Positions 38,901-50,943 of a stretch of 64,000 nt of DNA are shown here, in pieces. A program made the position numbers and the translations under genes. Every line of letters begins with the position of its first letter. Within the stretch, counting starts at the first letter, position 1. The notes beneath the pieces were generated by a model, which was given only the letters and a program-made list of their open reading frames with translations, was not told where the DNA came from and did no database searches. This DNA comes from Amphiscolops sp. MND2022 (lineage: Eukaryota): the NCBI GenBank assembly GCA_964187785.1, contig OZ076409.1, positions 70,558,001-70,622,000 on the forward strand, written 5' to 3'.

Positions 38901-41900
38901 TCAACTATCAACGCCCACCGTCCGTAGGCATGCCGAGGCATGCCTTTCGACGACGCGCGCCGGAAACAATCTAACGGCGCCACCCGCTTCTGGGTGGTCA
39001 GTGCTGTTGCGTTCATTTTTTTCCGGCCGTGGGGGAGGGCCCCTCTGAGGCCGGTCATTTTTCAGGTAACAGCTTTCTTATACAAAAAAGCGGGAAAAAA
39101 CCTCAGTGCTCAAATCCCAACCGTCAGAATGAGCTGAAATTTGGCATGTAGCTAGTGCATTGCAAATGATTAGGATGGGTTATAACGCTATGTTTGGCAA
39201 AATTGGTTTTGTTGCATTTTTTTTGTCATATAGGGCCAAAAATGGCCTTTTTTGCGTATTTTTTGCTTGACTAGCTAATAACTCGCGTTGGGTTGGTACT
39301 AGCGATACGGGTGTGGGGTATGGAATTGAAAGATTACCAAGTACCTTGCTGATGACGTTATTTGATTTCCGCTCACATCACCCCCCACGCCGGAAATGCC
39401 CAATTTGTCACTTCCGGTCGCAATTTTTGACTTTTTTGGATGGAGTTAAAACCCATTTCCGGTGTGAAGGAGTGGGTTGAGCGCTTCGACCCCAATATAC
39501 TAAAAGTAGGTTTAGACAAAGTCCTATTAGGAAAAAAGTAATGTAAGCCCGTACCTATCACCCCCTCACCGGAAATAGGGGTCACGCCTCCTTTTTCTGT
39601 GTTGCAAAAGTGACATGTGCACATTTGTCCAACTCCGAAGCCCCGGAGCACCGTGGGACCCTTATACTTTCTAAACACCTATCCCACACGCTACCGGAAG
39701 TGACCGGAAGTTTCACCGGAAATGACATCCTTGGACCGGAAATGGTCAAAAAATGACTTTTCAATGCAAAATAGACACATTTGGTGCGATTTTTAGGCAA
39801 AAAGCATAGTTCGTGAAACGCTTGTTGCAGTTGGAAGGGCCATTGTTCAGCATGAATGCGTACAGCATTACGTAGCACATCAAGTAGTTGATACTTTTTC
39901 GTCCATAATATCCTTAGGACCGGAAATGGCCATTTTTGAATCGGAAACTTCTTCAGCTTGATTTTTAACAGGTTTTTCCGCAATGTTAGCGTAGGAATTG
40001 CTCGTCGGATGCTGTAGGTCTATTTTAAAACTAGCTAACTGCTTCTTAGAAATGTATTTCAGAAGTCCCAACCAATTCCAGAATACCGGAAATAAGAGTA
40101 ATTGCCTCCTTTATGACCTTTGAATAATAAGTTGTTAAAATCCGCATATTATTTTTTTCCACACTTGTTGCTGAGATTATATCTAAGCAATAACATGTGC
40201 TTGTCATGAAGTCCTGTAATGTGGGAGTTACGAATATTGCTATTTAAGAGTATTACATACGTGAATATCCGCCGTAATAAAGATTTTTTAAAACAACCAC
40301 TTTTGAAGTCCTATAGATTGTCCGCACACCCGAAACAATTCAAGTTTCTAGTTTCGATTTTAAGGCTTCCGCGACTATTTAGTTGAGATGATAGTTTTCA
40401 CGTTCTCTGCAAAACGTGCATTTCATTGTGTTTTTGACATTTATTGGGCTGTTTCACATTGTAATTCAAAACTAATTGATCATACAATTTGGAACAATTG
40501 AAAATTTTCAATTGAACATTAAATGTTTTAATAGTTTCTCTTTCGTTGAAGATACTATTTTGTGGCCATTAGAACAGGTTGAATTAGTTGAATAAGTAGC
40601 CAGTGCGATACATCGTTTAATACATAGCGTTTGACATCGGTTTTTTTGCGAACAAAGACAAGCATGATTTGTTGAAAGTTTTTACCATATCGCTTCAAAT
40701 CGGGTGTGACAAACAAGGAATTTCTCGTTTTATGTGCTACTCCGAAAGCAACCTGAAAACGCAAATCGATCTATTGAATTATCGAGATGAAACTAAGCAT
40801 TTCAAGTCTGGATTTCAATTTAATTCTATCACTCCGGTCTATTTTTATGTCGCAAGAGTGATAAAGCGTGTTAGCAAGGTTAAACACATCGAACAATTTT
40901 AATAATAAAGCCTCCGGAAAGGGAAGAAAAAATGAGTTTTCCTGTCAAAACTATGATAACCACGTACGAAACATCAAGTTTTTGTATTGTTCAATAGTCC
41001 AAAACGTGAATGAAGTTTTTAAATATCCAAGCGTTTCTAATCAAGCATGCGTTTCAAATGTCTGACAGGGCAGCATCGTTCTCAAAAAACATTGCTTTCA
41101 ATGTGGTTTGATACCAGCAAAACGAACGTAGGCACAGCCAGATTCTCAAATTTCTTGCAAAACAGCCGATTTCTTTGAAAATCCTAATTGATTTCACAGG
41201 GTATATGGTGAAACCCTGTTGGATTCCAAAAATGAAAAGCTGATTTCTTGGGTTTGCGAGATAAAAGACAACGGGAATCTGAAAGCAAGTCATCTCAATA
41301 AAATACCTGTTGCTCTTTAAACAAATGGACTTTAGTAGTCGAAATTTTTTCTCAGACACTTTCGATCAGAGAATGTTTGAGTCCTAACGTTCGAATCAGG
41401 TTGGTTTCAGGTGGCTCGAAGTGCCAGCTGAACCAACCTTTCAAATAAAGAAAAACCCCACATCTCCCTTCATGCCACGCTACCCCGTATAGCGTTTCAA
41501 CTTGACAGAAGTTGGAACGTTTGATTTTGGCGTCGCTTGGGATTGACACACCAGTGTTGATACTAAATTTGGCAAAGAGAAATCGCAGAAATGATTGTTT
41601 CTTTTTTTTCCCTTTGATTTAGTCTGTCGAGCGTACAAAGCAGTTTGGGAAACTAACTTGCATTTCCACTGAACGAAAAAAAGTAGTAGCCTTGCAAACT
41701 CCTGGAAGAAATTGAATCAGGTTTTCCTATTTGTGAGATCAGCTGTCACTCAATTATCAATTACTTTTTTAAAAATTTTTAGGAACAACTAACCTAACTC
41801 TGCTCGACTCTCTTGAATAATGCAACAATCGTTTACTGATCTGTACTCGTGAGAAAAAAATCAACTGCAGGTCCAAAAACAATCTATATATCTTTGGTTT

Positions 41901-42065
41901 ATTCCGTGCAAAGCTTTTTTTCACACCATGTGACTCAACTATAACATGTATGTAATGAAACCAATAACACCTTCAACTATCAACGCCCACCGTCCGTAGG
42001 CATGCCGAGGCATGCCTTTCGACGACGCGCGCCGGAAACAATCTAACGGCGCCACCCGCTTCTGG
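35916..42065 (+). mobile_element. Two near-identical family I units (3078 and 3072 bp; CTGG ends; joint at 38993/38994)
   Basis: Direct repeat with very few differences (e.g. a 7-nt ATTTCAG duplication near 36978-36991 in copy 1 only). A-T variant of the 3' hairpin. Confidence 0.88.
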
Positions 42066-44443
42066 GTGGTCGGGGCGCTCTCCCAACCTCTTCCGCCGCC
42101 TCGGGGAGGGTCCTGATTGGCGGCACCCCTTATGGAAAACTTACTGTTAGAAACGCACCAGTGTAATGCTGATTTCGAAAACCACCCGTATGATTTTGCT
42201 CAAATTTTGCATGTAGCTCCCAAATTCCAATACAAGAACTAATTCCTACTGCCATTTTTCCGGGAAAACTCAAAAAATTGGTCAAAAATGACATTTTCTG
42301 AGTGAAAAATGGCCATTTTTTGACTTTTTTATTTTTGATCGGCTATAACTTTTTCCAGGGTGCTCGGATCGAAAAAAGTTTGTATAGGTAAAGTTGTTTG
42401 GCACTTCGAGTAGAACTCGTAGACAACTTTTGGTTGAGATCGGATGAAAATTGACTGAGAAATAACCGAAAAACCATCGATTTTTTGAAAAAAAATTTGA
42501 CACACTAGTATGACTCTGCCGTTTTTTGGCCAAAGTTCTTTCTAGAACCTCGTCTAAAGTCCTCCCCTGGCTGAATTACCTCCCAGCAAAACCATTTGGC
42601 CCATTTGCCGAAGTTTCAGCGTTCCAGCATTCCCCGGGTAAAAGATAAATGACTTAGAATTTTTACAAAAAATTTTCAAAAAAAAATTTTTTCTTCAAGC
42701 TTCCCAAAGTCAAGGAACTTCCACACAACTAGTATTGCAAGTGAATGCATGTGGAAAGTGCTTGAATAGACGAGAAAAATGAGCTATAGAACGACTCTGT
42801 AGCTTAACCTGACGTTGACTTATGACAATTTGAGTGCGTGCTTGCTATGTGGTGAAATTGAGAAACAACCTAAAATGAAAGCTAAGTCTGATCTAAAACT
42901 TACCGAATTGCTTTTATTCAGCCCCAAAGCTGTTCAATTGCCCTATGTAGTGCAGCAACACTATCCAAGGCTTTTTAGGACGTTTTTAAGATGTCATTAT
43001 GTTCTTTTTGGACAGTTTTTTTTTGTACAAATAGGACTTTATTTTTCGGGACCTAACACTTTTTGCCAAAAAAGTCAAACTTCGTCCACACAACTTAGAT
43101 TGCAAGTGAATGCATGCGGAGAGTGCATGAAGTGATGAGGAAAATGAGCTATAGAACGCCCGTTTCCGCCAACTTGACATGGACTTATAAGAGTTTGAAA
43201 AATCACAAAAAAAATGAACAACAATTCACTAACAGTGAGTTTGTAGTAAATGGCCCATATTTCCATACACAAGATTCTCAGCACAATTCTATACCTTTTC
43301 GTTTTTGTTGTCCGTGATTGTGCAACAAATAAGTATTGGTAAAAGTTTCTGTAAAACATCGCCGGAAAGAGAAAAATGCGGAGTTTATGAGTAATTTTGT
43401 TTGAAAAATGACAAAATAGTCTATCTCTGCCGTTTCAGCACAAATTTTTTAAAAAAAGACGCCCAGTAGGTAACCCATGGGCTAATTTCGTCTCAACAAA
43501 ACGGTTGGGGTCATTTGTCGCAGTTTTAGCTTTATAGCATTCTCCGGGTAAAAGTTGTTGAACTTAGAAAATTTTTGAAATTTTTTCAAATTTTTTTTTT
43601 AACTTCAGGCGGCCCAAAGTCAAGAAACTTCCACACAACTAGGATTGCAAGTAGATGCATGTGGAAAGCCCAGTAATTGGGGAGAAAAATGCCGTTTAGA
43701 ACGTCTCTTTATCGTAACTTGATGTTGACTTATGATTCTTTAAATGGGAGCTTGATTTGAGGTTAAGAAGTCAAAGTGTGTAAATGGAACGTAAGTCTGG
43801 TCAAAAACTCATTGAAATACATGCAATGAACCTCAACTTATCCTCAATTACAGTTGTCTAGTGCAAAGGTCTTTCAAAGTTGTTTCACTTCTTTTGATAA
43901 GTGTTGATGGTATAAACCATCAGTTATAGAGAAACACGTAAGTACATTCTCATCTCTCCCCATCGGGGGAGATGAGAATGTACTCACCAAAGGTCAAAAC
44001 TACTAAATGCCTTTTTTCTGTACAATTTTATGTCACTGTCGAAACAAACATAAACAAATTAGTTTCCGACTCCTCCTTGGGGTTTTGGTTTGACTTCTGT
44101 AAAAAAAAGGGGTACGAGGACTTGGAGATCTTTTAAGTGTTCCAAAAGAGACCTCCTATTTCACACCGTGGAAAACTTGAAGACATTTGTCATGAAATCA
44201 CCTACTAGGCTTCTCTCTGAGTACGCAAGTTCAATAAGTAACACATTTTATCTTCCATATTTGCTCCGATGACCAGGATTGGAAACTAAATTAACCCAAG
44301 GTACTTAGCCAAAACGAGCAATACCAACTTTTGATTGAAAACCTCATCACAGTTTTTCTTTGAAAATTACCTTCATTGACTTCTCAATTTATCAACTCAA
44401 CCTCCTTAAGCGGCCCTATTTTGACACAAGCCTGCAGCGCTAG
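42066..44443 (+). mobile_element. Family J unit (2378 bp) with internal duplications and an atypical 3' end
   Basis: Bounded by CTGG|GTG and CTAG|GTG. The CCACACAACT...TTGCAAGT block occurs at 42721, ~43087 and 43631. No GGGCATGCC hairpin. Confidence 0.75.
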
Positions 44444-45731
44444 GTGGCCGGAAATTTTTTTTTTCATCAAAATCTTTGCCATTGGGGGAGGGGCCCCGGA
44501 TGGCCAGTAGTACGGGATAGCTTCCTACCAAATCCAGATGGAAAAAACGTGATTTCGGAAACTAGCCGTCAGAATTTGCTCAAATTTTGCATACGGCTTC
44601 CTATGACAATCCTAAGAACTAATCCCTACTGGCATTTTGCCCAAAAAACGCAAAAAGTTGGTCAAAATCTTAGTTTTTTGGTCAAAAAATGGCAATTTTT
44701 CGAAAAAATTTTTTTTCAGAGACAATTACTCGTAACTGGTTCACCCAGCGCAAAAACGCCTAGCTGATTTATTTTTGGGCACTTCATGAGGAGTGCGTAT
44801 ACAAATTTTCGTCCAGATCGGAAAAAAATTCACTAAGTATTAGCCGGAATTCGGACGCATTTTTTCGCAAATTTTTGAAAACCTAGTCTATCTCTGCCGT
44901 TTTTTGCCCAGATTTTTTTCCAGGTCCTCTCCTAAAGGCCTCCCCTGGCCGGTTTACTTCCCAGAAAAACCATTTGGCCCTAAATACGGAGTTTCAGCGT
45001 TCTAGCATTCCCGGGCGAAAAGATGTGGGACTTAGAAAAAATTCAAAATTTTTCAAAAATTTTTTTTTTCGTTTTCCGGCCCCCCAATGAAGGGGAACGA
45101 CCCCCCAACGAGGATTTTTGGTGAATTCACGTGGAAAGGCCTTGTTTTGTGGATCAAATTGCCGTTTAGAGCGACTTTTTATCTTAACTTGACGTTGACC
45201 TCTGTCGTTTTGAATTTGATATTAGTATGTGTTGAGCATGTGAAAAGTTGATGATTTCAGTTGTTCTCTCGTGTTCAAGCCATTAAGATACAAGCGGTAG
45301 TGATCAAAATGTGATTTATCGCAATTTGGTGGTGCTTTTGGTGTATTTTGATTCTTTTAAATAAAAAGTTGTTCTTTATATATTTGGTGTATTGATTCAA
45401 ATGAACAAGAAACAGTTGAGTACATTTCATCTCCCCCCTTGTGGGGGAGATGAGGATGTACCCGCTAAATGACACGCACAATGGGCCAATTTTACTTTTA
45501 TGCGACGTTTCCTAGGCTTTTGCGCAAGCCCACTACTATTTAGACTGGTTTCCTTTTCTTTTACTCCAAAATTTTCCGTACTAACCACCTTACGCACCAC
45601 CAGCTCATCGTAACATCTGTAACGTCAACGCCACATACTCGCATCAACTCCCACCGTCCGTGGGCATGCCGAGGCATGCCCTTCGACGACGTATGCCAAA
45701 TAGCGCCACAGGGCGCCCACTCTTTCGCTAG
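44444..45731 (+). mobile_element. Family K unit (1288 bp)
   Basis: Starts GTGGCCGGAAATTTTTT like 62811. Middle is B/F-like, 3' part is E-like. Confidence 0.82.
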
Positions 45732-48700
45732 GTGCGGGGGGGTAACCCCAACAAAAATTTTGGAGGATTCGGGTAGGGTCCTGAATCCGATTTTAACTCT
45801 AATAGCTATCGATAGGAAATCTTGCAAAAATTTCGGGATCTCGTGATCTAACCATAGGATTTTAAAGTTGGAGCGGCCCCCACCAGATTTTCCGAAAATT
45901 AGCGCCCCCCACCGGGTTCCATACCCCGGAAAATTTTTTTCTGGCCACACGGGCGACCGTTAGGGGGTCATTTTAGGGGTAAAATTCATATTGGGCCACA
46001 TAACTTTTTTTCTGTTGATTTAAAACTTTGGAACCCTGCTAAAAGTTTCTTGACCGTGTTGCAGGGGCCCCGAAGGTCCAAACCAAATTTTTCTATCTTG
46101 AAGCTATCTCCAAGTACCCCCCCGCTCAAACCGTTATTTTTCCGGAAACGCAGGTTTTTGACCCGGAAGGAGTCGTCTGAGCGCGGGGTCGTTAGGTGAT
46201 GTATTGGGGACGGCCTTGAGACGAAGTGGGGGACAAGTAGTTTGCCAACCTCAATTTACCCCCCGGACGGGAAATGACCGTTATATGAGCGGCAAAAATG
46301 TCCCCCTCCACGTTTTACCGCTATTTCCGGTGTGAAGGAATGGGAGTAGCGCGTCGGGTGCCATATATCAAAAGTAGGTTTAGACAAGGATCTATCGGAA
46401 ACATGTGGTTTGGGACCCCCTGGACCAACCCGTTAGCAGGAAATGGGGCTTCCGGCCCGTTTTTTTACGGTTAAAAACGGAAAATGGGCATTGAGGGGTA
46501 AATATCTCGTGAACGCGTGGAGCTACGGTGTCCTTCACTACTTCAAGGTTTCATACCCATGATATGGTGCCTTCAGGGGGGCAAACAGATTTCCGCTATC
46601 TATCACCGTTACGGACTTGGCCCCCCAGCCTAACCGTTAAGTGACCGGAAATGTCATATTTTGAGCCCAAAGGGTCGGTCCCAGCCAGGGAACGTTAGGT
46701 AACTTATTGTAGTACTCATTGAGACGAGTTGGGGGACATAGTTTCAGTCACCCCCCGTTACCCCCTTGGGACCGGAAATGACCGTTATGTGAGTAAATTT
46801 GCCATTTTTGTCCTATTTGAAGGGCATTTAGATGCGGAAGGAGTGGTAATAGGTGCTTGGACACTATATGAGGTAAGGGAGGACGTGAGGCGAGCATTCG
46901 GACATAACCGTTATGTTGACCCTAAAGTCCCCCTGGTACCGTAAACGACCGGAAATGGTCAAATTTTGTGTCTATTGGGTACAAATGTTTGGTATTTCGT
47001 AAATAAAAGTATCTATTAGGTGTTTCGACGGTTTGCAGTAGTGAACATAGTCATGAAACCTTGTGGGGGGTAACGGTATATAGCACCGGAAATCCAAACC
47101 GTTGGAGACAGGATAGGTTTTTTGGTTTTAAAATGTCTTTCGGCGTACTTTTGTCGACTATTATGGACTATTTTTAAAAAATAAAGTTTTTCCATATAGT
47201 TTCAGAGACTCCGAAACCTCAACCAACATAACCGTTACCTTATGATAGCCTTTCAAGTTGGCCTGGTGTCAACTTGGAAGGGCTATCCTTCAAAAATCGT
47301 TAATCAAGTGTGTTTTTGGGTATGTTTGTATCATTTTAGAATCAATTAGAGCTTCAAGAAAAGTTTGCCAACGACAAAAACTATGTCGTGATGATTCCGT
47401 TATTAGAATGATGGTTAACAAAATGTTGATACAGTTGATTTTTTACATTTCAAATGTGTCCTAAAAGCCAAAAAACCTCTTTACCAAAAAAATGGTATTG
47501 ATTGAATTGTATATAACAGGTAATAAAAGTTCAAATTGATTATTACGTTTCATTATTCAAGCTAAAACTTCATAACATAGTTTAACTAACGTCAACGCCA
47601 CACACTTTACATCAACGCCCACCGTCTGTGGGCATGCCGAGGCATGCCCTTCGACGACGTATGACAAATCCATATCAAACGACGCCCGTACATCCCGGGC
47701 TAGGTGCGGGGGGGAAACCCCAACAAAATTTTTGGAGGATTCGGGTAGGGTCCTGAATCCGAGTTCAGTGCTGCCAGCTTTCGTTAAGAAAATTTGGATA
47801 GGATTCGGGATCTCGTGATCTAACCATAGGATTTTAAAGTTGGAGCGGCCCCCACCAGATTTTCCGAAAATTAGCGCCCCCCACCGGGTTCCATACCCCG
47901 GAAAATTTTTTTCTGGCCACACGGGCGACCGTTAGGGGGTCATTTTAGGGGTAAAATTCATATTGGGCCACATAACTTTTTTTCTGTTGATTTAAAACTT
48001 TGGGACCCTGCTAAAAGTTTCTTGACCGTGTTGCAGGGGCCCCGGAGGTCCAAACCAAATTTTTCTATCTTGAAGCTATCTCCAAGTACCCCCCCGCCCA
48101 AAACGTTATTTTTCCGGAAACGCATGTTTTTGACCCGGAAGGAGTCGTCGGAGCGCGGGGTCGTTAGGTGATGTATTGGGGACGGCCTTGAGACGAAGCG
48201 GGGGACATGCAGTTTGCCGACCTCGGTTTACCCCTCGGACAGGAAATGACCGTTATATGAGCGGGAAAAATGCCCCCCTCCACGTTTTACCGCTATTTCC
48301 GGTGTGAAGGAGTGGGAGTAGCGCGTCGGGTGCCATATATCAAAAGTAGGTTTAAACAAGGACCTATCGGAAACATGTGGTTTGGGACCCCCTGGACCAA
48401 CCCGTTAGCGGGAAATGGGGCTTCCGCCTCCTTTTTTTACGGTTAAAAACGGAAAATGGGCATTGAGGGGTAAATATCTCGTGAACGCGTGGAGCAATCG
48501 TGTCCATCACTACTACAAGGTTTCATACCCATGATATGGTGCCTTCAGGGGGGCAAACAGATTTCCGCTATCTATCACCGTTACGGACTTGGCCCCCCAG
48601 CCTAACCGCTATGTGACCGGAAATGTCACTTTTTGAGCCCAAAGGGTCGGTCCCAGCCGGGGAACCTTAGGTAACTTATTGTAGCACTCAATGAGGCGAG

Positions 48701-49675
48701 TTGGGGGACATAGTTTCAGTCACCCCCCGTTACCCCTTGGGACCGGAAATGACCGTTATGTGGGTAAATTCGCCTTTTTTATACTCTTTGAAGTGCATTT
48801 ATGTGCGGAAGGAGTGGTAATAGGTGCTTGGACACTATATGAGGTAAGGGAGGACGTGAGGCGAGCATTCGGAAATAACCGTTATGTTGACCCTAAAGTC
48901 CCCCTGGTACCGGAAGTGACCCGTAATGGTCAAATTTTGTGTCTATTGGGTACAAATGTTTGGTATTTTGTAAATAAAAGTATCTATTAGGTGTTTCGAC
49001 GGTTTGCAGTAGTGAACATAGTCATGAAACCTTGTGGGGGGTAACGGTATATAGCACCGGAAATCCAAACCGTTGGAGACAGGATAGGTTTTTTGATTTT
49101 AAAATGTCTTTCGGCGTACTTTTGTCGACTATTATGGACTATTTTTAAAAATTAAAGTTTTTCCATATAGTTTCAGAGACTCCGAAACCTCAACCAACAT
49201 AACCGTTACCTTATGATAGCCTTTCAAGTTGGCCTGGTGTCAACTTGGAAGGGCTATCCTTCAAAAATCGTTAATCAAGTGTGTTTTTGGGTATGTTTTT
49301 ATCATTTTAGAATCAATTAGAGCTCCAAGAAAAGTTTGCCAACGACAAAAACTATGTCGTGATGATTCCGTTATTGGAATGATGGTTAACAAAATGTTGA
49401 TAAAAATGATTTTTTACATTTCAAATGTGTCCTAAAAGCCAGAAAACTTCTTTACCAAACAAATGGTATTGATTGAATTGTATATAACAGGTAATAAAAG
49501 TTCAAATTGATTATTACGTTTCATTATTCAAGCTAAAAATTCATAACATAGTTTTATTAACGTCAACGCCACACACTTTACATCAACGCCCACCGTCTGT
49601 GGGCATGCCGAGGCATGCCCTTCGACGACGTATACCAAATACATACCCAAACGACGCCCGTACATCCCGGGCTAG
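45732..49675 (+). mobile_element. Two family A units (1972 bp each; joint at 47703/47704)
   Basis: Align with the units in 11961-21851. Confidence 0.9.
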
Positions 49676-50943
49676 GTGGCCGTGTCTTTTCGACGTGCTT
49701 TTGCATTGAGGAGTGGGTAGGGCCCCGCGACGACCTAGAAGAATTGGATGCTCACCGAAACGTGCAGAATTCTACGAGATCTCATAGTTTGAGCCATACG
49801 ATTTTTCTGAAATTTGGCATGTGGCCTGGAATTGGTGAGTAGGTAAAACGTGTAGGAGGTGATTTTTCCCAAATTCCACTGTGAGACGAGATATGGGCAA
49901 ATAACGGTCCCAAAAATGGCAAAAATGCACTTTTTTCAACTTTGTCAGCCCATATCTCGTTCCCAGGTGCCCGGAGCGGGACGCGTTAAGCTGATTATAA
50001 ACTCTAGGGTGTTGAGGCTGTACGGTGAACTTGGGCCCGTTCCGATCCGACTTGTAGTCTTGGAGAAATAACGGTATTTTTGGGGAACCTTTTCTAACGG
50101 TCCAGCTTATCTTTGCCATTTTTTCGAAAATGTACTCGCCTAAAGGCCTCCCCCTGGCCGAATTTACTCCCAGCAAAACCATTTGGCCCTAAATACGGAG
50201 TTTCAGCGTTCCAGCATTCCCGGGCGAAAAGTTGTGGGACTTGGAAAATTTTCAAAAATTTTCAAAAATTTTTTTTTTCGTTTTCCGGGCCCCCAATGAA
50301 GGGGAAACGACCCCCCAACCAGTATTTTGAGTGAATTCATGTGGAAAGCCCTTGTTTTGACGAGAAAAATACCGTTTAGAACATCTTTTTATCTTGACTC
50401 AACGTTGACTTATGACGTTTTGAATGTGATGTAAGGATGTAGGAGGCATGTGATAAGTTGATGTTTTGAGCCTTATCTCATATGAAAGCGGTTGAGATGC
50501 AAGCTGTCCTGCTCAAAACGTCTTTCGTTGTAACTTTCCAGTGCACCAATACCCTTTGGTGTCATATAAACATACTTTTTGTCGATATATTAACAATTTT
50601 AATGTATTTATTCCAATTTTTATTATCTTATAACTCAAAACAGTTGAGTACATTTCATCTCCCTTTCGGGGGAGATGAGAATGTACTCGCTAAAGACCTA
50701 GCGCCATGACCAAAAATTTGAAACCCACGTTTTTTATCTTCTTACAGACTTGTTTTTGTATTTTTTCGGAATTTTTTAAAAATTAATATACTTGAAATAC
50801 ATTACTTGACTTTACTACTACAACCCACCTCCAACGACAACGCCCCCCTGCTTGCATCAACGCCCACCGTCCGTGGGCATGCCGAGGCATGCCCTTCGAC
50901 GACGTATGCCAAATGCCCAGTGCCACGCAGTCATTATCGCTAG
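49676..50943 (+). mobile_element. Family F unit (1268 bp)
   Basis: Near-identical to 28611-29878 but with different neighbours. Confidence 0.87.
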
